From Octopus bimaculoides (Eukaryota): a stretch of DNA of 38,929 nucleotides. Where the stretch lies: positions 47,962,674 to 48,001,602 of the forward strand of contig NC_068990.1 of NCBI RefSeq assembly GCF_001194135.2, in the 5' to 3' direction. The position numbers and the translations under genes were made by a program. Under the pieces are notes generated by a model. The model was not told the DNA's origin, ran no database searches, and saw only the letters and a list, made by a program, of their open reading frames with translations. Positions 1 through 11,400 of the stretch are shown piece after piece. The number at the start of each line of letters is the position of its first letter. Position 1 is the first letter of the stretch.

Positions 1-140
1 TCTGAGGTTGACTTTGCCTTTCATCCTTTCGAGGTCGATTAAATAAGTACCAGTTATGCACTGGGATCGATGTAATCGACTTAATCCCTTTGTCTGTCCT
101 TGCTTGTCTCCTCTATGTTTAGCTCCCTGTGGGCAATAAA
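1..140 (+). mobile_element. SINE family B, 3' part
   Basis: gaggttgactttgcctttcatcctttcgaggtcgattaaataagtaccag core, repeated at about 3830, 19090 (-), 21045 (-), 31470 and 32740. Confidence 0.75.
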
Positions 141-1734
141 TATATATAAGGATCCCTTCCAGGAGCCCTATTATCGATTTTTTTCAACAATCTAAGTATG
201 CAATGAGGTTTCCAGACATGAGTTCTACTCATGTGTCAAGTTTTATCAAAATCAATAAAACAATGTAGGAGTTAGCTAACAACTCTGCAAGCACACCCAC
301 AGACAGAATTTCCCACATACGTAGAAGATATGCATACATGTGCATAACCTATTAACCTCTTATCCCTTATAAATTGTTATTTTTCTTGTTTGTAAATAGA
401 TACTTTTCAGTCTATGCTAGATGGTTATGCTATATCCATATAAATGTACAAATATTTGTGTATGTGTATGCTAGCATGTGTGCACATATATAAATATGTA
501 TGTGTATCTGTACACATCTTTATTTTTTTCTGATTCTTGCCTTATAATTAATATATAGATAGCATGTTTATCTTTCCAGCATTCCACAAGTAAATGCCCT
601 GAGCAATCTTTATAGAAACCATCTAATAAGTAATTAATTAAGTATATAAATGAGTATTAAACTGATTCTATGTAATCTTTCTTTTTTAAATGTTGATAAT
701 TGATATATACACACATTTTACCTATCTTGGTTATATCATTTTTGATAATCTTAAATTTTATTTTTATACAACATAACAACATTGTTTATAAACAATCACC
801 CATAGTACCCCAAAATAAAATTTCCTCTGTATTAACATCCTAGGTTTTATTAGTGTCTTGTCCCTTTAACTGGTAATTAACATTATGATTTAGTCTTCCC
901 CTACCCAACCTCTTTTTATAGACAGTTACTTTATATCCAATTTACTACTCCTAATCTCTTCCCTCCCTGAGGAAAAGGGATACATATGACAATATTTATG
1001 ATCATACTTAGCCATGAGCTGTCAACTCACTCTTGCCCTTCATCCTAAACAGACATAGTCCTCTATTTATGACGTCAGAAAAGAACTGATTATTCAAAAT
1101 CTCTAGTAGAAGCAGTGCATCATGAACAATTGTATCTTTGGTGCTTTTTCTTTGAAAGACATTAGTTATATATAGTTTGTTTATCAGCTAACTTGTCAGT
1201 GACTATGTGACAGCCAAAATGATGGCTGCAGGAAGTTATGGCATTCAACAATAGCTACAGAATGCAATAACGATAGTGATCATAGCATACCTTAAGCCAG
1301 TTAGCTGTTTGAATCTACACCATTTATGGCTAGTCTTCTTATTGACATACAAGATCTCACGCAAATCACAGAACTGATTCATTTGGCTTAAATATTTTCT
1401 TTTCTATCATTCACAATAACAAAACATTTTTTGTTAAAGATAAATAAATATTTTGTATTTGGAACTTCCTATTTTCCCATCTCTCAATCCAACTGTAGTA
1501 TATATTTTCATTACACTGGTGATAATCAAATCAAAAATATTCTACTATTATATGTCCTTTGAAGAAAGCAAGTAAACTAGCTGACACTACATTTACTCCA
1601 AAGCCACAACTGCACCTCATTCAGCCTAACCCAACATGCTGTGCCATACACGGTGCATACCAGTTATTGTTTTTAAAAGTGTACTAGTTCCTTCGTTACA
1701 ACAGGTGAACCTTTTTACCTTTTATTTTTCAGCT

Positions 1735-1960
1735 CTTTTAGTCACCAGACTACAACCATGCTGGGGCACTGCCTTCAAGGGTTTAGTTGAACAAACTGAC
1801 CCCAGTACTTTTTTAAGCTTGGTGTTTATTTTATTGGTCTCCCTTGCCAAACTGCTAAGTTATAGAAATGTAAAGAAACCAACACTAGTTGGCAAGTGGT
1901 GTTGGGGTCAAACACAAAGACACACACACAATTTGGTAAATGGAAATTGAAAGAAGCCAT

Positions 1961-2039
<79 letters not shown>

Positions 2040-2195
2040 TTCAGGATTCTATCGGTTTTCATCTACCAAATTCACCCACAAGGCTTTGGTTAGCCTGGGA
2101 CTATAGTAGAAGATACTTGCTCAAGGTACCACACAGTGGAACTGAACCTGAAACCATGTGGTGTGGAGTCAAGCTTCTTACCACACAGCATGGCA
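1735..2195 (-). mobile_element. tRNA-derived SINE (head A, internal microsatellite, tail C)
   Basis: Head gctgtgtggtaagaagcttgactccacaccacatggtttcaggttcagttccac; CORE-like accttgagcaagtatcttc; (TA)n/(CA)n; tail block shared with 5325-5505 and 6015-6232. Confidence 0.75.
1964..2038. repeat. (TA)n microsatellite
   Basis: Direct reading. Confidence 0.98.
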
Positions 2196-2585
2196 GTATG
2201 GTAAGAAGCTTGATTTCTGGAGAGGACGCTAGTCTATTACAAGTAACTCTCCATGAACGGCTTAGTAGTTATTGCACTTAGCAATGTGAAGTTAGACAAT
2301 GTAAGATGAAAGAAAAATAGAATGAATGAGAAGAGGGTGAAAGTGAACTGGAGAGGAGGAGGGAGAAGAGAGAGAGAGGAGGATAGAAAGAAAAATAGAG
2401 GGAGAAAAGTGGACAAAGAGAATATGAGTGATAGAGAAGAAGAAGGCACATGCAAAAGAAAATGAAAGCTCCAAGAAGTTGAAGTAAGCATAAGAGAGAT
2501 AGAATTCAGAGGAATTATGTTATATCATGATGCCTGAATTACTGTGGAAAATGGAGTTGAGAAACAGACAGACAGGCAGGCAGGA

Positions 2586-2588
<3 letters not shown>

Positions 2589-2640
<52 letters not shown>
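2589..2640. repeat. (GA)n microsatellite, preceded by GA-rich low complexity at about 2300-2500
   Basis: Direct reading. Confidence 0.97.
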
Positions 2641-2644
<4 letters not shown>

Positions 2645-2702
2645 GTTAGTGTAATAAGAGAAAGTGTTTTCGGATCACTAAATTACAAATTATTATACAT
2701 AC

Positions 2703-2854
2703 CTTCCCATTAATTCTCCATCTTTTATTGTTTCTGGCAAATTCTGACCTTTTGTCTCAGGAAGAAGTAGTGACAAAAATCCAGCTATGACAGACACAAC
2801 ACCAAACATAATAAATGGTAACGAAGGACCAAATTTGGATGGTATATAGTTTCC
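2703..2854 (-). CDS. SLC22 exon (152 nt): [52 protein letters not shown]12
   Basis: Acceptor caaatttcag|GGA; donor GGAAG|gtatgt; LLPETKG motif; no stop codon, so a further exon is needed. Confidence 0.93.
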
Positions 2855-5800
2855 CTGAAATTTGATTGAAGCACAATATATTCATTAAATAATTAACATA
2901 TATATATATATATATGTATATTTCTTTTTTCATTCGGCATAAAAGTTTGGGTTGGCAAGAAAAGTTACGTGCGTTGCACAAGAATGTGAAATAAATAATG
3001 CTGCAAGCTATGAAGTAACAATCTAGGAATACAGAAATGTGTTTGGTGGTAGTGTTGATTGAATAAGTGGTAGGTGAATACTCATGCTCTTTTTGCACCA
3101 CAAAATTCACTTTTCATACACAAAGGAGTGTCATGTCTTTTTTATTATTATTAACACTCCAAAAGCTAAAAGAACAAACTAATATACTTGGAATGAAGTA
3201 TAGCTCTGTATGTTGTTTGAACATGCAATATATCTCAATGGTTTAAAATATTCAAGAGTAAACATAATTAAATTTTTTTTTAATTCATCACTTTAAAAAT
3301 AACCTATATAATTTACAGGAGTTAATGAACAGAATAAAAATGCAATAAATGAATAAATAAATTAAAGAGATTCATTTTATTAAAAGCTTCAATGACAGTA
3401 ATATAACAGACCTTTCTCACACAATTTTCCCAACTCAAGTTGATTTAGCTAACAGATAAAGCTGAAATATCAGTACTCATACTCAAACAACATAGTCAAA
3501 TAAACAGTTTGTCCTCTCTTTCAGAAAATTAATATTGATTACAAATTTTGGCACAAGATCAGCAATTCTGGTGAAAGGGCTAAGTTGATTACATCAACCC
3601 CAGTGATAAACAGATTTTATCGACCCGGAAAGTATGAAAGACAAAGTTGACTTTGGCAACTTCATCTGGTGTGCTAACCATTTTAGCAGCACTTAATCTA
3701 GTGTGCTAACCATTCTGCCAGCACACCACCTTTCAAAAAATTTATTTTAAAAGAAAAGGTGGCGAACTGGCAGAATCGCTAGCACACTGGATGAAATGCT
3801 CTCACCCGTCTTTATGTTAAGATCAAATTCTGCAGAGGTTGACTTTGCCATTCATTCTTTGAGTATCGATAAGATAAGTACCAAGTGAGCACAGGAGGCG
3901 ATGTAATTGACTTACCTCCTCCCACAAAATGACTGGCCTAATGCCAAAATTTGAAACCAATACTAAAAGAAAAAAAGATGTGACGCACCACTGTGTATGA
4001 AGAGTTATCTCCCTTCAGGTGCGAAAGTGTATGGACGCTTAGTAGTAGGGATATGGGTAAAGACATAACTGGAAAGATACAATTGTAGCAAATGCGGAAG
4101 TGTAATAATAGAACGAAATATTAGTGAGGTTGACTTGATTTTGCGATCATAGCAGAAATAAAACATTCAGGGGAAAAAGAGTTAGGTTTTTATATTATGC
4201 ATCTTCTGAGCTGTTATGTCAACATAACAAGCGTGGCTGTGTAGCAAGAAGTTTGCTTTCCAACCACATGGTTCCAGGTTCAGTCCCACTTGCTCGACCA
4301 AAGCCTTGTGAATGGATTTGATAGACCAGAGGTTCTCAATATGGGTGATACCGTCATCAAGGTGGCACTCGATATGTTGAAGAAGGTGTTAGGCTTCGAG
4401 GACGATGTGGTAACGTAAACTACTTAATTTTAACTATAGTAGTAATTGTACATGATAAACCTAGTAATTATTTACATTATTTATATTTCACGGATATTTG
4501 TCCTCATCTTGTTTGTTGCTAGCACAATGTTTCGGCTGATATACCCTCCAGCCTTCATCAGGTGTCTTTGGGAAATTTCAAACCTGGGTTCTCATTCCTA
4601 AGGTATTTTTTTGATGTTATTATTATTATTATTATTATTATAATTATAATTATTATTCAGGTCACAGCCCGGAATCGAACTTGGATCTTGGGGTTAGTAG
4701 CCCGCGCTCTGAACAATTACGCCATATGCCTGTGGGCTAGTAATGGTTATTAAAATAAAATGAGAGACAAGTATATATTGTGGCCAATATGTTTGAACAA
4801 AAATAATTAATTTTTAAAGTATTTCTGTCTTGAATACTATCTTTTTGGTTTGCAGTCCTGCTTGTTTTCTTCATATATTGTGATCTCCATTTGAATAAAA
4901 TTTATAAATTTTCATCCATGTTAAGTTAGTTTAGAAGTGATACCTCACTCACCACTTAGGTGGGTGTTAGGCAAAACAACTATTTAAAAAAGGGTGCAAA
5001 AAAAAAAACAAAAAAAAAAAGGTTAAGAATCACTGAGGTAGACAGACACTGAAAAAAGTCACCCGTCTCTCTGTATGTATATAATGTTACTACTAGTTTA
5101 ATCCCAGGCAGATTCTCTGCTAACTGGTTAATGGTGCAATGCTCTGCACCCTTTACATACAATATATTGCTAGCAGGGGGAGCGAACTCCTACTCCCTTC
5201 AGCAGCTGACTGGATCACATGACTGACTCAGTTTCTAGCTATATGACTCATCATCAGCCATGAGCATCTGTGCATTGGAATAATAGCTAAGATCTGCTAC
5301 TGCTAACACTAATGCAGGTGCTCACTGCTTGGCAACTGGTTTGGTTTGTTTATGTCTCCGTAACTTAGCAGTTTGACAAAAGAAACTAATAGACTAAGTA
5401 CTAAGTACTAAGTTTTAAAAAATATATAAATACTGAAGTATATTCATTCAACAAAAAATTCTTCAAGGCAGTGAACCAGTATGGTCACATGAAACAAGAT
5501 AAAAAGTGCAGTTATTATAACCTTGCCATTATAACAATTTTATTATGCTGGCAATAATGAAAATACTGAAGACTGTTATTATTGCAGACCAGGGCTTCCA
5601 TTACCTGCTGGTTTTGGTAACATTAGTCTGCTGCTATAACCAACAGGATGTCACTGGTTCCCTGCATTCCTGATCATATGAAAAGCAAAGCAGTGACTAA
5701 GCAGCTTGACAAAATAAATATCAACAGGTATTTTCGTTTGATGCACCAGATTATTTGTAATCTTCTCACCAAGCTGCATATCCTCATGAGTTCATTTATA

Positions 5801-6896
5801 TGAGGGGATACTGTAAAGTTTCTGGCTTTGGATAAGAGAAAATACAGGAGGATCATTTAGTTATGATTGTATTGAATATATTCCCCTCTCAAATTCACAG
5901 TTATTGCAAAGGTCCTTCAGTTTTTCTAAGCCTTGTAAAAGAATTCAGAAGATTGAGTCTTCAACCAGGTCTTTCGCGATATCCTTAAAACCAGGAACTT
6001 TCGGCACCCCCTCGTGTGTATGTGTGTGTGTGTGTATCTATTTGCGTGTATCTATGTGTGTATATCTTTGATTCTGTGTTTGTCCCACCCAGCACCACTC
6101 GACAACTGGTGTTGGTGTGTTTACGTCCCTGTAACTTGGTGGTTCAGTGAAAGAGACTGGTAGGATAAGTACTAGGCTTAAAAAATAAGTCCTGATGTCA
6201 ATTTGTTCGACTAAAACCTTTCAAGGTGGTAAGCATTGGGAAGAACATCTAGCTGTATAAACCATTCCTAAGCAGTCACTGGTGCACAACACAGTTATCT
6301 GGTTTATCTAACCATCCAACCCATTCTAGCATGGAAGATGGCCTTAAATGAGGATGAAGATGAGGGGGATGAGGAGGAGGATACATATATATATGTGTAT
6401 CATCATCGTCATCATAATCTTTTAATGACCATCTTCTATTTTGGCATTTGCTGAATGGTTTGACAAAACCCATTAGGTCCAAGGATTGCATTATGTTCCA
6501 TTGTTTGCTTCAGCATGGTTTCTATGGCTGAATGCCCTTCCTAACACTAACCACTTTACAGAATGTACTGTGAGAGCATATTGAGAGTGGCTACAGTAGA
6601 GGAAAGTGGTTATATGTTAGGAGATGAGAAGTAAAAGATTGAATGAAAGGGCAAGAAGAGAACACGTTTTTTGCTGAAGAGGGGCTACATGTCTACTCAC
6701 ATTCTAATAGAGTGGGTGGTAGTAACCAAACTGGAGTAGCAAGGTCCACCCCAGCAAATTCCATCTAACCCATTTGAGCATGGAAATGTAGATGTTAAAA
6801 TTATGTCAGTGATGATGAGGTGCAAAAGAGGATTCCGAAGGTACAAGGTCAAGAGAAATGAGTGAGGACAGAGGTAAAAAGGGACATGATGCATAT

Positions 6897-6940
<44 letters not shown>

Positions 6941-8424
6941 TGTGTTTGTGTGTGTGTTTGTGTGTGTGTGTGTGTGAGTGTGCATTTGTCTCCTCATCTT
7001 GACATTACATGATAGTTGTAAATGAGTGTCACTGTCATACAAACAGTGTCATTCATATCCAGTCTTCTGTAATAACATGTCTGGCATTGAAGAAATATTA
7101 CCATTCTTGGAAATAGATGAGGGCTGGTGACTGTAAACACATCAGGCCATAAAAAAAATCAGCTTGAATCAATTCTGTCTTACCCATTCGAGCAAGGAAA
7201 TGTGGATGTTAAAATTATGAGCAGTCCAGAAAATAACTGTTTATATCAACAATAACTTGAATCAACAATTAAATAAATTACAGTAAATATACATTTTTTT
7301 TTAAATGAATTCATTACATATTATCAAAATGATTATTTTTTATAAAAAGATAAAACAAGCAATAGACTAAAGTGCTAAAAAATACCATATTCTCCAGCAT
7401 GAACTTTTCAGACCAAAATTTACAACCAAAAAAAGGTATGTCTACTTATATACCCAGACAACTTTGGAGATCCCAAAACTCCATGTCATATGAAGCTGGA
7501 TTTGTTAAAATACTAACACTTTTGAATGTTTACAATAGATGTTTTACACTATTTACTACGTCAGCTTGTATGCCAGAAAATATGGTATTGGGATTCTGCA
7601 AAGTGTCTTAAAATCCTTTCACAATCAAATTCAAGAAGACACTAAAATATTAACAATTTAGGTGCAGTTGTTCAATATGTGAGATTATAAGTCATTTTTA
7701 TAATTTTATTAAATTGCTAATTTCTATAAATAGTAAATACATTAGCACCACTTTCAAATATTGATTGAACTATCACAGATATAAAACCAGGTGCGATAAA
7801 GGCCATAAAAAGACAATTAATAAAGTACATCAATTTTCAGACTGATAACATAACAATTACACATGTGCAAGCACACACACAATACACACACACACACACA
7901 CACACAGAGTACTATTTTAATAAAAGAATTATTTTGATAAAATGTGACAATATAACCTTTTCCATTAATATATTTTCTGTATTTTAAATATTTGTTATCA
8001 TTTGATGAATTGTTACTTCAACCATTTATCACTCAATGGTTAATTCAGTAAATTGTATTTTAATCAACTGTTTCAATAAATTGACACTGAATGGATAAGT
8101 CAGAGGTGTGATTTATAAAAGGTGAATGAAGACTATGATCTAAACCCAGCCATCATCATCATCATTTAATGTCCACTTTTTCCATGCTTGCATGGCTCAA
8201 ACGAATTTGTTGAGGCAGATTTTCTATGGTTAAATGCCCTTCCTGTCATTGACCCTGACCTGTTGTCAAGCAAGGTCATATTTTCCTATAGCTGAACATG
8301 TTTTTTTTTATGGAAGACTTGAAATGAACAAACTCACTTGTATGATGATGATACTCATCTATAACCAGCACAACATCTAGACAAGAGCACACACACACAC
8401 ACCTGCATGTGCACACACACACAG

Positions 8425-8458
<34 letters not shown>

Positions 8459-11400
8459 ACACGATGAGCTTCCTTCAGTTTCTGTTCACCAAATCCATGT
8501 GCAAACCTTTGATTACCCTGAGGCTATAGTAGAAGATATTTGCCTAAGATGCCACAAAGTGGGACTGAACCCAAGATCACATGGTTGGGAAGCAAGCTTC
8601 TCCACCACACAGCCACACCTGCACTGATCAAAAGCATAAAGCAGAAAGTATTATCATAATCGTCATCATCATCATCAACGTTTAACGTCCGTTTTCCATG
8701 CTGGCATGGGTTGGATGGCTTGATAGGAACCAGAAAGACTAGGAACCACATCAAGTTCAATAGTCTGTTTTGGCTTGGTTTCTATAGCTGGATGCCCTTC
8801 CTAAGGCCAACCACTCAAGGTACTACTTGAAAGTAGTATCTTCAAATTTAATAGAGAGTAGAAAAGAAAGAAACTGAAAGATGAGCAAAACAGTAATTTA
8901 ATTTGCTAATGAGAGAAATTCTTCTTACACTGAGCATGATGTAAGGTGCTAACATACTGCCTATTCTGCCAACTGAAGAACTTAATCCAAAAGCTGAGTT
9001 CCGTACCACTGTTGGAAACAATTCTGTTGTTAGATTAAAGATAATTGCAAAACTGGAAGAAATAGCAAATTTTCCAATTAAGGCAAGAGTTGTTGAAATC
9101 CAAGGTAAATCTGTAATATAGAAAAGAATGAAAGAACGGGGAAAAGAATTAAATTAATAAAAAGTAAAAATATAAAAAACGCAAATGCAAAAACACTATT
9201 AAAGAAAACATTGAAAGAGCATTATCATCATTGTTATTGTATGGTGTAATCACCAATTAAAGATATAATTTCCTCCATTCTTATTTTTGCTGTCTTGTAT
9301 TCTGAATTTCTTGAAACAATATTTGGATTAACTTGTCATGCATGAAGAATTACCTTGGGTGTTTATTCTACTTGCATTTATTGGTGTCTAATTGTTGGAT
9401 ATAGTTAACAATATTCATTTAACACTGAGTAATTTATAGATATCTGCCTGGATTATTTAATCCCACTTCCTTCCTTCCTTCCTTCTTGCCTGCCTGCCTA
9501 CCTGCCTGCTTACCTACCTACCTACCTAGCTACCTACCTACCTACCTACCTATCAGCTGTTTGTCACATCGACCTCCATAAGTTCAAGTAATTTTTCGGT
9601 TTTATTTATGCGTATCTGTATTTATGTCTGTTAAAAAGGTGCCTAGCCACATTTTAGCATGGCCTCGAGCGAGGCTTTCACTTGAGAATTTACCCTTTAA
9701 AAGGTGAATTTTCAAATTTTATTTCATAAAAAGTTTTTTCATCTGTCTAGAAAAATGCACAGTCCTTCTAAGACTGCCAGCATTGCCATCTTTGAATTAG
9801 AATTGGAATTTCCACCACTGCCAACAATGAAAACTTCGAATAACAATCAAAACATTGATACATTGTCACACACGCACACACCTTTGAACAACAGCGATAC
9901 ACATACTGACACAAACTTTTCTTCTGAACAAGTGAGAATGGAAGACAGAAACAATGAAAACACCCATAAAACAATGAGCTGTGCAATCATGACGATCACT
10001 TCTCCTGTCACCACCACTATCACTTCTGACACGAAAACTGCTACCACCAACAAAGGTGTCACAGACAAACTAAATAATTTTACTTCTGTTTTAAAGCAAA
10101 AGAAATAATTAATGTCCTTTTCAAAGGAAGAACTTCTACAATGTAAACAATAATTATACAAAGACAGAACCATTAAACTGAACACCCCACAAAGCATTTT
10201 GCAAGACATTTCCATAAAAACTATTATTTACAAAACCTGAAGACAAAAAATAAAAGATTAGAACAGGCCACTCAAGAAACAGTTGAGAAAATGTCTACAG
10301 CCCATATGCAAGAGGCAAAACATTTGCCATGATCGAGGTAAGATTTAATACAGAAGAACACGCAAAGGAACACTCAACAAAAAGCCTGGAATGCAGGGAA
10401 TTTATAACGATTCCCACATACCTCGGTTGTTGGGTGAAAGACATACCTCCTGAAATAGAAATAAGATAGCTGGTGTCAGCCATTTCTTATGATTTTGTAG
10501 ATCAAATCAACATCTTAGAAATTGCCATCCTGGAACAGCAAAATTGGATTGGACAAGGGTTGGATTTGTTGATTCAAGCAAATCAGGACACAATCCAAAA
10601 TCTCCCAAATTTGATTCAACTTCCAGATGGCACAACCTTACATGTGACCATTGAAGGCAGATGGCCACATTGCTACCTTTGTGGTAGCAGATACCATTTC
10701 AAAAAAGACTGCCAACTAGCAAAAGAACAACAACAGGAACAACAACAAAACCAAAAACTGAAAGGCAAACTAGCACTGCTACCCACACAACTGATAAAGC
10801 AAACGAAAGAGCTCCAACAGCCAACAAGCCAAACCAACCAAACAATACCACCATCAGCGCCACCAAGTACAGAGCCAACACCATCACTATCACCACCAAC
10901 AACAACTACAGAAGCATCCAACCTGGAGGAAAAAAAGAAAAAGACTAACCACCCACCCATCCCCAACAAGCCATACATCACATCTCAATAACCATCAACC
11001 AACACCAACAACAGCAACAACAACACACTCACAAATCGATCCCAATACCCTTTCCCTCCCTTCTGATTCCTCTGGCATGTTGTCTGATGAAGGCAATACA
11101 GGAGAATGACAAAAGGCCACATGTGGGAGAAGAAAAAGGGGAAAGGAAAGAAGAGAGCCGCAATCAAACAGAGCAAATGGCCCCACAATGTTGACAGCAA
11201 TAAACACAAACAATTCAGACCTAATGCAATACATTAGGTCAAACACCAGCATAACAGAAGACAATGTCAAAACAAACAATCATCCATGCACGACACCACC
11301 ACAACACATAAAAATCATACACATGACATGAAACACACTGAAATCTCTCTACCCGGATGCAGTAGGGAGATTTCAAAAATACCAATCAAAAAAATGTACA

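Noticed and set aside
150-335. Fragment with aagttttatcaaaatcaataaaacaatgtaggag...acagacagaattt, reminiscent of Helentron-associated elements
   Set aside because: Single degraded copy without diagnostic termini; not supportable from this window alone.
1826-2281. ORFs rich in YI/IY, CV, HT or LS repeats (also 8276, 22977, 24132, 27062, 32784 and others)
   Set aside because: Translations of microsatellites and SINEs, not genes.
3978-4030. Hairpin cgcacc-tgaaggg-agataa-ctcttca-...-ggtgcg with a CTGAAG-like start
   Set aside because: No complete CTGANGA/GAAA core on either strand, so not called a hammerhead; probably an unclassified repeat end.
4327-4345. cagaggttctcaat, resembling a hAT terminal sequence
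   Set aside because: No matching opposite terminus or 8-bp TSD found nearby.
4655-4737. Possible genuine tRNA gene
   Set aside because: Acceptor and D stems do not pair properly and it runs into an (ATA)n body; interpreted as a SINE head.
5802-5825. PETLQYPL on the minus strand, resembling the SLC22 LPET motif
   Set aside because: Followed by a stop, no TM12 upstream; the real motif is at 2854-2703.
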